This document shows, piece after piece, positions 1 through 13,360 of a stretch of DNA of 64,000 nucleotides. How positions within the stretch are numbered: position 1 is the stretch's first letter; every line of letters begins with the position of its first letter. Under the pieces are notes generated by a model. The model worked only from the letters and a program-made list of their open reading frames with translations, was not told the DNA's origin and ran no database searches. Source of the stretch: Octopus sinensis (lineage: Eukaryota); assembly GCF_006345805.1 (NCBI RefSeq), contig NC_043009.1, forward strand, positions 58,776,001 through 58,840,000, read 5' to 3'. A program made the position numbers and the translations under genes.

Positions 1-167
1 TGTTGTGTTCTTGAGCAAGACACTTTATTTCACGTTGCTCCAGTTCAATCACCTGTAGAAATAAGTTGCCACGTCGCTGGTGCCAAGCTGTATCGGCCTT
101 TACCTTTCCCTTGGATAACATCAGTGGTGTGGAGAAGGGAGGCCGGGAAGTATGGGCGACTACTGGA
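1..167 (+). mobile_element. SINE family A fragment (head cut off by the window start)
   Basis: Body tgttcttgagcaagacactttatttcacgttgctccagttca matches the minus-strand copy at 59682-59921, which has a tRNA-like A/B-box head. Confidence 0.6.
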
Positions 168-177
168 TGGATGGATG

Positions 178-211
<34 letters not shown>

Positions 212-619
212 AGATAGATAGATAGATAGATAGATAATCAGACGGATATGGAAAGAGGAACTGAAATAGAAAATATGCTGTTAGGTGTCAAATGTTAATG
301 ATTCTTTCTACACGAAGACACCAATTAGATGCCTTAGCGTCTGATATTTAGACTACAGGTGATAAGAGGTCAATATCTAGTCGAATATTCACAAATGGTT
401 ATTCAATAAACAGCAGGTCGAGGCATTCCCCTGCCTGCAAGTGTGCCTGGAAGATGGATATATGCTGAGTGTATACATGATGCGTGTGTGTGTGTGTTAT
501 GACTGCAAATCAGGTTAAGCCAATTTTCAGTAAAGCTTCATATTTTGCAGAGTTGTGATATATCTGTTCCACAGTGATTTATAGACAAGGAATATTAACT
601 GACACGCTAACGCGTGTGG

Positions 620-675
620 ACGTATATACTGGACGCATATATCTACATATGAAAATATATATATATATGCATGCA

Positions 676-706
<31 letters not shown>

Positions 707-965
707 GTATGTATGTATGTATGTATATATATGTGTATGTATGTATATTTATGTATATATAAGTATACAACCATATATATGTATGTATCAAACCAACATA
801 TATAGGTATACAAATATATAAAATAACGTGAACACGTATTCATAAATACGTATATATTCGTTCTTGTATATATATGTGTACATGTATGTATATATCTATA
901 TGTGTGTATATATTTTATATATATGTGCATGTATAAATATACATATATATCTATCTATATGTATG

Positions 966-1020
<55 letters not shown>
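620..1020. repeat. (TA)n/(TATG)n microsatellite complex
   Basis: Direct inspection. It is one of dozens of similar tracts, e.g. 1840-2460, 8270-8620, 16900-17085, 17510-18075, 23945-24250, 37740-38060, 60600-60800. Confidence 0.95.
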
Positions 1021-1026
<6 letters not shown>

Positions 1027-1222
1027 TATTCGAGACAAAACCCTATTTTTGCAAAACAAACAAGGAAAGACTTAATCAATACATAAAATTTTAATAAATA
1101 GTCAAAAAAAACCGCCACTACAATCGTTCTTGTCTTGATCAACAATCTTCAGGTGGAATTCCAATAATTCAGTGTCAAATTATAAATTTGGATTTATTCC
1201 CTAATATTTATTATTATATAAT

Positions 1223-1258
<36 letters not shown>

Positions 1259-1260
1259 AT

Positions 1261-1311
<51 letters not shown>

Positions 1312-1850
1312 ACACACATAGGATATATAGAAAGATAGAGAAAATAAGTGAAAGAGAAAGACAGAGAAATGTACCTGTGTGCGAGCATGTTGATATGTAT
1401 GTGTTTAGATCTGCATTTTAACTGCTCTTCATGCCGCATCCTCTTATGCCCCATTGCGGTTCGACAGTTAGGAATCGATATAATATGCAGCAGACTAAAG
1501 TTAGCACAGGTCGATGGAATCGATACATAGCGTTGCAGTTGGTATAACAACAAAGCGACAGTTCAAACCTGCGACCAATAAAAATATAAATCTATATAAA
1601 AGTGTGTGTTACCTTTATGCATCGATACACACATATATAGTTATATGTATGTGCGTGTATGCGTCTGTGTGTGTGTATGTGTGTGTGTGTGTGTGTGTGG
1701 TGTGTGTGTGTATGTATGTATACGTATATTCTTTTAGTCTTTTACTGGTTTCAGTCAGAGGTTGCGGCCGCGCTGGAATACGACATGTCAGTCATTTTGG
1801 GTCTATTTTCCGTACTTATATCACTATGTATCCATCCATGCGTCCATCTG

Positions 1851-1902
<52 letters not shown>

Positions 1903-1987
1903 CATCTATCATCTATCTATCTATCTATCAATTTATATACAAATATTTGTATATATTATTATGTATTTGTATATATATATATATATC

Positions 1988-2019
<32 letters not shown>

Positions 2020-2056
2020 CATATATATATATATATATAAACACTATATATATATA

Positions 2057-2097
<41 letters not shown>

Positions 2098-2230
2098 CAT
2101 ACGTAATATGCATAAGTGTACAATATTTATATTATTATATATGCATACGCACACAGAAACACTCTCACAGACACTCACATATATATGTACGTATGTTTGT
2201 ATGTATGTATGTATGGATGTATCTATCTAT

Positions 2231-2268
<38 letters not shown>

Positions 2269-2327
2269 CAAAATGTATAAATATATATGTATATATATTC
2301 GTATATGTATATATATATATATGATAT

Positions 2328-2393
<66 letters not shown>

Positions 2394-2406
2394 CATATAT
2401 ATATAT

Positions 2407-2453
<47 letters not shown>

Positions 2454-2822
2454 TACTCGCAAACATACATCCCCTTACATACTCATAAATCTTTTATGGT
2501 AATGCAGTGTGGTTGCAGAGATTGATTTATGGAAAGCAATCCAGTCGCCAGTGACCTGTATATATCTTTCTGTTGGTGAATGACTTTTATCATAAGATTT
2601 ATTTTGTATGCCTACATTGACTTCCGGTTCATTCGTAGCGACAATAAGATGGGCAACACAGACACTCTGTAACAATAGGTAAAAGATTTGATTAAATACG
2701 ATTATAAATCTGACAATCTGCTGAATCTAGTAATAGGCATCATTCAATGTCTTGATAGCAAACAGATTATCTCAAGAACTCTATATATGTTGTGGGTCAT
2801 ATTTGTAGTGCACTGAATCTGA

Positions 2823-2883
<61 letters not shown>

Positions 2884-3007
2884 GTCAAGTTTCTCTCTTT
2901 ATTTTTCTCCCTCTCTTCCTGGTCTCGGTTCTTTATCTAAATAAGTGTGTCGGCGCAGCTGTTTTTGAATACAAATTTATATGTATCTATCTGTGAGGGT
3001 ATCTGTG

Positions 3008-3042
<35 letters not shown>

Positions 3043-3043
<1 letters not shown>

Positions 3044-3097
3044 CGGTGCCCCAGCATGGCACAGCTCATTAGCTGAAACTGGAAAAATCAAAATCAA
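3043..3097 (+). mobile_element. CR1 LINE 3'-tail-only stub
   Basis: gcggtgccccagcatggc-acagctcattagctg-aaactggaaaaatcaaaatc is nearly identical to the 3' end of the CR1 fragment at 30245-30668. Confidence 0.7.
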
Positions 3098-3130
3098 TAT
3101 ATATATATATATATATACATATATATATAC

Positions 3131-3202
<72 letters not shown>

Positions 3203-3240
3203 ATATATATGTATATATATGTATAATATATATATATGCA

Positions 3241-3292
<52 letters not shown>

Positions 3293-3342
3293 GTATGTAT
3301 GTATATTATATGTATGTATGCAACACATATACCAACATATAT

Positions 3343-3723
3343 TCTCTTTTTATTTGTGTCAGTCATCTAGCTTAGGCCATGCTGGAGCACCGCATTTAGT
3401 CGAGCAAATCGACACCAGTAATTATTATCTGTAAGCTTAGTACTTTTCTTTCAGTCTCTTTTAACGAACCTCTAAGTTACGTGGACGTAAACACATCAGC
3501 AACGGCTGTCAAGCGATGTTAGGATGTCAAGCGACAAACAAACACACACATATATATATAGGACGGGTTTCTTTCAGTTTCCGTTTATCAAATCCACTCA
3601 CAAGGCTTTGGTTGGCTCGAGGATATAATAGAAAAGTCTTATCCAAGGTGCCAGGCAGTGGAACTGAACCCGGAACCATGTGGTTGGGAAGTAAGCTAGT
3701 TATCACATAGCCCCTCCTACGCC
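3343..3723 (-). mobile_element. SINE family B, near full length
   Basis: Reverse complement matches the full copy at 58223-58634: head ggcgtaggag, internal (TA/CA) tract, tail ggcggtgctccagcatggcc. Confidence 0.85.
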
Positions 3724-3752
3724 TATATAATACAAACATACATACATACATA

Positions 3753-3808
<56 letters not shown>

Positions 3809-5099
3809 GTCTGTATGTGTGTGTGTATGTATATATACACACATACGTATCTACATACACACTGGCTGAATAAGCATACCTTGATTCACTAAAACGTGGC
3901 TTCCTCTTCCGTTCCAATACGGGGTTGCTTTTTGTAAGTGTCTTCTACTTAAGCCCCAAGCGGACCAATGTGGATTTAATAGAGGAAAACTGAAAGAGGC
4001 ATTGCGGTATATATGTATGTGTATTTGTGTGTGGGTGGGTGTCCCACCACAGCTTGACAAATGGTGTTGTTATAGTTACATTCCTGTGACAAATCGAACA
4101 AATACATATTCAGCCAGTAATAATTAATTCTCACTCAATTATTTCTAATTTAATGCTATTGTTTTAATCAATCCACCAATAAATCTCTCAATAAATCTTT
4201 CAATCAGTCAATCAATCAATGAATAAATTAATAAATTAATCTATGTAACAATCTTTCTTTCAGTCTATCTCTCTATGTATACATGTATGTATGCATGTAT
4301 GTATGTATGTATGAGTGTATGTCTGTATCTATCTATCTATCTATCTATCAGTCTATCAAGTTATCTATCTATCTGTATCTCTCTCTCTCTCTCTATCTAT
4401 CTATCAATGTTTATATCTATTTCTATATGTGTATGAACAGATAAATTATGGCCGGTCGTTACAACTCAATTCGCGGAAATATTGTTGAAAGACATAAATT
4501 GGTACAATAAGAGTTTTCCTACATGCATGTTTGACGGCATAGGTTTGTTCAGTAATCGAAACTGCGACATAATACTCATGTAAAATTGGGAAAGAATATA
4601 GCCCGGATCTGAATGTTTCGCAGGATCCCAACAAAGTAGCTCAATTAAGAAAAGCCTTATTGTATGTTACAATTTGCAATAGAGTCTGTAATTTAAAGAA
4701 TAAATGTATAAGAAAAACAATTAAGAGATATAAAACAACTAACAAAAATAAGGTGCTGACTATTAATACATATGTAACATATGTAAGCGAATATAGTAAA
4801 TGATAAAACACGAAAAATGTAAATGCTCGAACCTCTACAAATTACTATGGAATAATAAACGATTCAGAACATTGTGCAAATAACCTAAAACATAAAAGGG
4901 AATACGAAGAATATATAAAGGGATTATGAGGAATATTTATGAATAAGAAATCTTATATGTTGAAATCATTCCAAGACAATATAAAGGTGGAAATAAATGA
5001 AGAATTACAAAGTATATTTCTATGGAATGGTGAAAGAGCCTTCTAAGTATAAAATTCAACGATAAGAAAGCAACAACCATAAAACAGCGAATCTGGTCA

Positions 5100-5720
5100 T
5101 CGGAGATTTAGTTAAATCGAAACAGCAACATCAATATCAGATTAAATAAATTATCAAATGCAACAGGCGTAGTTGTTGAGGATATAAATGAATAATCTTT
5201 CAGATGTAAATGATAAAGGGCTATCAAAACCCAGTAACGCAGAGAAATATTTAGAGTCAAAGACTGAGAATAAGGGAAAAAAGTTCTTTCAGCCTTTAAT
5301 GAAATCCATAACAAAATGCAACGAAAGACAAGGAAGGAAAGACAAATACTTTAGAAATATAAGACAGCTAAAAAAATATTTAAAAATTGTTCGAAATCAA
5401 AGGATGGTTGAAACAGGAGATCCTTCACTAAATTGCAAAGAATCAGTTTATATGGAAAACGGCAATTCTTTGAAGAATACAAAGACTGCGACACTAAGCG
5501 AAAATGATATTATCAAGAACTCGGTACAAATAAACTGAAAATCAATACAACACTAACAGCACGCAGTAAAAGATTCATCACGGAGAAAATTGTTCGAAAC
5601 AATGAAAACAGCATTGGAACAATGAAGGGAGGCCATAGTGACTGATGTAGGACAGCTGTCGCAATAAATAAATAGATGAATAAATAAATAAACAAAGGAA
5701 TAAATAAATAAATAAATAAA

Positions 5721-5761
<41 letters not shown>

Positions 5762-6620
5762 ATAGATAATTAAAATCAAATCAAGAATGAAAGAAAGAAT
5801 AACTAGAACTCAACAGGTTTTCTGGTTTGAATGTTTAAAAGGAACGTACAACATACCAGCAGATATGTTTATTGAGGTAGTGATGCAGCGGTAAACTACG
5901 GCTGACAGTTCATTGTAAGGAAAAACATCCTATGTTATTTCAGAAACAACGGACCATTAACAACTATGTGATATCCTTCAGAGTACAAACCAGTATCTGC
6001 GATAATATCACTGAAAGAAATTTACACCTGTAGAATTCAAATCTGTTTCGATAGGAGCACAAGGGATGTTTCCAAATAGATATGGTTGTGAAGATCAACT
6101 GCTGATCAAAAGATTCCTATCATAGGAGGCGCATTAGTTATGATTAAAAAAATATTCAGACAAATACATAACAAAAACACCAGGACTTACAAATATATAT
6201 TAACATACCGGAAATTGCACTACTAGGCACTGCACACATCCTACGCAGAACACTTTCAATACAGTAACCATCAGAGCACCACAACAAATCACAACACATA
6301 CTCAAGGTGCCCTGGGAATGATAGCTACCTAGCTCAGATGCCAGGAAACCCCAAAATTGCAGAAATTCAGAAGGTAGTGTACATGGGAACTGCTCATATC
6401 CTACGCAAAATACTTTCTATGTAATCTCAAATTTTAAAACAGTCACATAAGTTTCTTATGGTTCCTTAAACATTCTCAAGAATACTATGTACAAAACCGA
6501 ATATACGGCAGCCTAGGCATAACACCAACATGAACTTCCAACTTGTTGACGCTTGAGGTCTCTGGGTGAGACTTGGAGCCAACTTGTACAAATGCAAAGC
6601 AAAAGTCAAACATGAAATAA
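5100..6620 (+). mobile_element. Decayed R4/Dong-like (RLE-type) LINE pieces with two stacked 3' ends
   Basis: A-rich strand. Remnant peptides YYQELGTNKLKI, RYGCEDQLLIK (RT region), IALLGTAHILRRTLSIQ* and PGNPKIAEIQKVVYMGTAHILRKILSM*. Followed by an (AAC/AAT/GAT)n tail at 6617-6765. Clade assignment is from recalled motifs. Confidence 0.6.
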
Positions 6621-6692
6621 CAACAACAACAACACCAACAATAATAATAATGATAATGATAATAATATTGATAATAATAATGATGATAATGT

Positions 6693-6765
<73 letters not shown>

Positions 6766-6988
6766 AGAAAACATGAACAGAATGAAAAATAGCTGTTTTG
6801 TTTCTCTTTAAGGATGTCAATAACTACATAGCAAATGCTGAAATGAGAAATAGTTATGAAGAAAAAAAGAGAAACATGGCGAAAACTGGAAAATTTCCAA
6901 TCTAAGCTAAAAGTAAGGGTAGAGTGTATCATGATAAGGCGATGGTTAGTAACAGTAAAATATGAAAAGAATGAAATTTTAGTCGGTT

Positions 6989-7173
6989 ACACTTTTACTT
7001 CTTTCAGTCATTTGACTGCGGCCATGCTGGAGCACCGCCTTTAGTCGAGCAAATCGACTCCAGAACTTATTCTTTGGAAGCCTCATACTTATTCTATCGG
7101 TCGATTTTGCCGAACCGCTAAGTTACACGGTCGTAAACACGACAGCATCGGTTGTCAAGCGATGTTGGGGGGA

Positions 7174-7238
<65 letters not shown>

Positions 7239-7408
7239 ATATATACGACGAGCTTCTTTCAGTTTCCGTCTACCAAATCCACTCACAAGACTTTGGTCGG
7301 CCCGAGGCTATAGTAGAAGACACCTGCCCAAGGTGCCACGCAGTGGGACTGAACCCGGAACCATGTGGTTGGTAAGCAAGCTACTTACCACACAGCCACT
7401 CCTGTGCC
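6989..7408 (-). mobile_element. SINE family B, full length
   Basis: Reverse complement aligns end to end with 58223-58634. Confidence 0.9.
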
Positions 7409-7599
7409 TATTCATGAAATTATCATATCATACATTTGTATTGGAATAAATCGAGCCAAGGTGAAAATGGCAAAGATGTGAAGAAAAACATTAGCATCGA
7501 GATGCTAAATAACGCAGGTAAGCCTTACACATGCAAATCAAAGAAAACGCGTAACAAAATATAGCCAAACCTTAAAACAAACACCTACTAAATAATGAA

Positions 7600-8200
7600 C
7601 TACGAAAACTGAGCGAGAATAATGCAAATAAAAATATGAATGAAAGGGAACTATGAGAAGAAGCAAGAATAGAGAATTCTGAAAATGGAGGTTCTGAATA
7701 TGAGAATAATCTAAAGGTGGATAGAGTTAAACAATTAAAATCGATAGAAGGACTTCATATGAATCCATGAAAGACGGTGAGATTAAACTCACCAATGAAA
7801 TTGCAACAAAAACATATGCAACAATAACGATAGTAACTTTGTGAATTTTTGGTTTACTACAAACAGACGCGAACTTCAATATCAGCAGGTAAGCCAAATA
7901 ATGTACATAGCAGCCACAGTAGTTCCAATCAAAGGAAAATGGCCACTCCTCAGAATTACTCGTATAGGAATATCAAAGCCTAAACTTAAGAAGTAGAAAA
8001 ACAAACACACGGAAAATTATAGAAAATATATGAGGAAAGTTTTGTGAATCCTTAATGAAATTTATAAAGAAATTTACTTGAAATAACAAAGGGAAACAAA
8101 TACGATTTGTATAGAACATCACACACAAAGTACCCGGCATCAAAGACGAAATGAATCAAGAAAAACTGTCTTACGTAATGAAAGCCACGATAATTCTTTC
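7600..8200 (+). mobile_element. Highly decayed R4/Dong-like LINE segment
   Basis: A-rich strand with local similarity to 5130-5310 (caatatcag...gtagtt; ccttaatgaaat versus ctttaatgaaat). Confidence 0.35.
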
Positions 8201-8311
8201 AACAAAGCGAAAGTTTCAACTCCATCTCTGGAGATTTATCAATAACTATACATACATATACATAAATGTATATACACACACACATATATATATATATATA
8301 TTATATATTAT

Positions 8312-8372
<61 letters not shown>

Positions 8373-8420
8373 TATATATATTATATATATTATATATATA
8401 TATGTAAGTATTTGTATATA

Positions 8421-8626
<206 letters not shown>

Positions 8627-8756
8627 GGTTTGGCGATACAAGCAGTTATGTATAGAGTTCGAAATATGATTATATATATATTTGCTAATATTCGGCTGCT
8701 GAAGTAACAGATAAATTCAAGGCCCGATTTTTGGATATGCGGCTGGCTGTAAGTAC

Positions 8757-8801
8757 ATGCTTCTGACGAAGCCCAAAGAGGCAGAAATGCACATCTAGCA
8801 T
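8757..8801 (+). ncRNA. Degenerate type I hammerhead ribozyme motif
   Basis: atgct-t CTGACGA a gcc-caaaga-ggc a GAAA tgcaca TC t-agcat. The core and stems I and II are recognisable. Confidence 0.45.
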
Positions 8802-9009
8802 TCTAATCGTGGCTACGGAATTATTTTCATTTTCAGCTAAGTCTTTCTAGGCAGAACATGCCAGTAAGTGATGTTATCCATGAATGAATACTGCACGGCA
8901 TATGTTTGCGTTGCGTATTTGCATTAAACACAAATACACAGACTGCGATATATAAACATACATATGTATGCATATGTGTGTGTGTGAGTGTCTCCGTGTG
9001 TGTGTACAT

Positions 9010-9226
9010 ATACCTATTCTTTTATTACCCACAAGGGGCTAAACATAGAGGGGACAAAAAAGGACAGACATAGGTATTAAGTCGATTACATCGACCCCCA
9101 GTAGGTAACTGGTACTTAATTTATCGACCCCAAAAGGATGAAAGGTTGAATTTGAACTCACAACGTAACGGCAGACGAAATACCGCTAAGCATTTCGCCC
9201 GGTGTGCTAACGTTTCTGCCAGCTCG
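9010..9226 (-). mobile_element. SINE family C monomer
   Basis: Reverse complement: gagctggcagaaacgttagcacaccgggcgaaatgcttagcggtatttcgtc...cctttcatccttttggggtcgat...aaaagaataggtat. Confidence 0.85.
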
Positions 9227-10228
9227 TACATATATACATATACCCCAACACTCGTATATATATACATATAACCCCACACGTACATATATACATATAAACC
9301 AATGTACAACCAATATGAAGAAATATACATGATTCGGAAGTTATATAAGCAACCGTGACGAGAAGGCCACAGAAAATATTTGCTTTAACTAAATAATCGT
9401 ACCGTGTCATAGCGAATGAATATGTAGTGCAGATGCTAAATATAATTTACTAGCAACAGTGTAGCATCGGAAAATGATAAAATCGTTTTTATGACCCACA
9501 TTAATAGACGATCCATCACTTCAATGTCTCATTGATTAACGTTTCATCATAATATTTCAAGAATCAGCAAACAGTACACCCGAAGCCTTATCTGTAATAC
9601 TCTGGATTATAAGAAATTATATGGACAAAAATCTTCTCCAAGCTATATGCATCATAAACAATTAGAAACACTTCTATGCATAGTCCACGAAAAAATCAAT
9701 TTGAAATTCTACGTAAACATAAACATGAATCAAGAGAAATGTACTTAACATTGAAACATTTAAGATCTAGGCATCAGTGAACGAAACAAAGTAAAACACG
9801 TACAAAAATAGTTGTAGGGATGATAATTAATACACATTATATTAAATGGTATTGTTAGAAAATATTTGCTAAGCAGCATCAAAGTATTAGAAATACTTCG
9901 AAACTACGAACATGGAATAACAAATCTGCGGCACACTAGTCAAGTTCTATTCAAAACCATATGCTTTCAGGCTTTATACTATGGTCTTTGTACTGAGCAA
10001 GTGTCTTCTGCTCAATTTTTGTGTCATGACTAAATGATTAAAATTTGTTAGACCGGCACAGGGAGGAAGTCCGTCTGCAGAATGGTTCAGCTTCTTGAAT
10101 CATTCATATAATCTGTCAACCGATTTAACACGACCGATTTTCTCTTTGGTGCTTTTAGAGAAGCGAACGTTCATGCCAGACCTCTGATCTGCCCATAAAT
10201 TGTTGCCTCCCTCCAATCATTCTCGGAG

Positions 10229-10680
10229 AATGATATGGCTTCTCTTCAGTATGAACACGCTTGTGCTTAGTTAAGTTACCAGTTTCAGAGAAGGATTTAC
10301 CACAGATATCACAATGATATGGCTTCTCACCTGTATGTGTACGTTTGTGCTTGGTTAAGTCCCCACTTCCAGAGAAAGATTTACCACAGATATCACACTG
10401 ATATGGCTTCTCTCCTGAATGAATGAGTTTGTGAACAGTCAAGTGACCATTTTGAGAAAATGATTCGCCACAAATATCACAATGATATGACTTCTCTCCT
10501 GTATGAATACGTTTGTGGTCAGTCAAATTAATTTTTTGAGAAAATGATTTACCACAGATATCACAATGATATGGCTTCTCTCCTGTATGAATGCGTTTGT
10601 GAATAGATAAGTAACCATTTTCAGAAAATGATTTACCACAGATATCACACTGATATGGCTTGTTTGCTGTATGAACACTA
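10229..10680 (-). pseudogene. C2H2 (Kruppel-type) zinc-finger array fragment, five intact fingers
   Basis: ORF 10155-10703 encodes five CDICG(K/E)SFS...H...H fingers with (T/S)GEK(P/S)Y linkers. Homology starts and stops mid-repeat (VHTANKPY at the start, HTEEKPYH then unrelated sequence at the end). Confidence 0.7.
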
Positions 10681-11799
10681 TATGTAAGTGATATGTAAGT
10701 CATGTAAAGGATCTGGTTGATTTGTTACAGACCTTGAAGAGGTAAACAACACGCGGCTATATATATTTTGAGACAGTAGGTTTCAAAATCGTATGACGTA
10801 AAATTTGGCAAGTTAATATCCATATCTCTTACAGCAAGTTGAGAAAGTTTCTTTTTTCAAAAACGGCTCCTTATTGATGTAAAATAGTGAAAAACTAATT
10901 TGAAGCTACGAAGAACTACTATGTTGGAACTGACGTAAGAAACGTAGCTAGTCTATTCTTGATATTGAAAATTAAATCTAATATCCCAGACGTAGGATAG
11001 TATGTTGATAATAGCCCTTCATTGTTACACAAAACAAAACAAACGAGAGATAAGTACAGGAAAAGTTACATTAAAATACACAATGAGTTCAGTGTTTGTA
11101 GTAAAAAAAAAAATGACGCTATAAATATAAACCACAATACCTAGACAGAAAAATAGACCTAGAGACCTGTAAATATCAATCAGATACAAAACCAAACGAG
11201 AAGATCATATACCTAAATAAAAATCCTAACCACCCTTCCGATACATATATAAAAATTAGTAAGCAATAAAAGCAGAATATTTAATATATCCTCTTCAATA
11301 ACCAGCTTCAATAAAACTGCAAGTTATTAAATTAATGTATTAGAAAATGATGTTTATAGAAAGATTTAACTTCTTACGCCAACAGACGCTATAACGGGTA
11401 TATATTTCCGTGCAAATTTTACCAGTGTGCTCAATAAATTTCAATATATTATTGAATTATATCAAATTATGACCTATAATGTAAGATGACAATGTAAAAA
11501 TTCCTACACACACATATATATGTATTTATTTATTTACACATACATATCGCAATGTACGTATAGATTTGTTTATGTTCTCAAGTATATGCGTATAATGGAA
11601 GTGAATATATATATAAATATATAAATATATTCACTTGTCACTTCTTTTCTTTCCATTTTGTCTCTCTAATAGGCCCGAAACGCTGATGAGATTTGTGTTT
11701 GTCTGTGTGTAAGAGATTTGTCTGTTTGATAAATTGCTTCTGTCACTTTATTGCAGAGATCTTGTGATCGTTATTGTTGTTCTGTCCACTGATGCAAAC

Positions 11800-11917
11800 T
11801 TAGCTTCACTCTTATTATTATTATTATATTATTATTATTATTATATTATTATTGTTATTATTATTATTATTATTATGTTATTATTATTATTATTATTATA
11901 TTATTATTATATTATTA

Positions 11918-12014
<97 letters not shown>

Positions 12015-12051
12015 GTTGTTGTTGTTGTTGTTGTTATTATTATTATTATTG

Positions 12052-12100
<49 letters not shown>

Positions 12101-12151
12101 CATTCTTTTTCTTCTTCATCTTCTTCTTCTTTCTTCTTCTTCTTCTTCTTC

Positions 12152-12240
<89 letters not shown>

Positions 12241-12371
12241 ATCATCATCATCACCATCATCATAGTTAATATGGATGTTACTTTTAACTGTAGACATTGT
12301 TGTTGTAGTAACAGGTAATATAATAACGGCATCATTAGCAGTACAAATAGTGCAACGATTATTATCAATTA

Positions 12372-12434
<63 letters not shown>

Positions 12435-12528
12435 TTATTATTATTGTTATTATTATTATTATTATTGTTATTATTATTATTATTATCATTATCATCATCA
12501 TCATCATCATTATTATTATTATTATTAT

Positions 12529-12584
<56 letters not shown>

Positions 12585-13170
12585 ATACAGTGGTAGTGGC
12601 AGCGGCGATAGGTGTTGCTGTTGCGGCGGCGGCGATAGCGCTGGTGGTGTTGGTGGTCGCGACCGCGTAGTGTTGGTGATGGTGGCGGTGATGATGGAAA
12701 TGGTGTCGGTGGTGGTGATGGCACCGGTGGTGGTGGTAGTGGTGGTGGTGTTATGTATGCTTTCGTAATAGTGGTTTTCGATGTAGCTGCCGTGTTGGTC
12801 TTGTTGCTGTCTTCGTCTCTGTTTTTTGCAGATGTCGACGTGTTGTGTTGAACGGCTGTCGTTCGAAATTCTGTATTCAACATCAAAATCATCATAACTG
12901 TCATTACATCTTAAACGCAACACCACCACTAACATCACCACCATCATCACCACCAATACCACTGGCATCACTTTGGCCGTCGGCACACACACACACACAC
13001 AGCATTAGCCATATCATACTCATAACCACCCCCACCACCATCATCATCATCAGCTTCAGTATCACCACGACCACCACCGCCGCCACCACTACGACCAGCA
13101 CCACCAACACCACCATCACAACCACCAACACCACCATCACAGCCGTCATCATCATCATCAGCAGCAGCAG
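11800..13170. repeat. Compound trinucleotide tract (TTA/TTG/TTC/ATC/GTA/GGT/ACC)
   Basis: Direct inspection; it explains the poly-I/L/N/T ORFs in the track. Confidence 0.95.
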
Positions 13171-13185
13171 CATATTACTATTAAT

Positions 13186-13222
<37 letters not shown>

Positions 13223-13360
13223 CATATAACATATTTATAAACATATATAACTTATATATATATAATATATATAGGATCAGATTTCTAGCTCTATTCATAG
13301 TGTTTGAATCACAAACCTATCAAAATTCTGTGTGTGTGTATATATATATATGCATATATA

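Noticed and set aside
11672-11695. GAAACG followed by CTGATGAG as a hammerhead
   Set aside because: Only 1-2 nt separate the two core halves, leaving no room for stems I and III.
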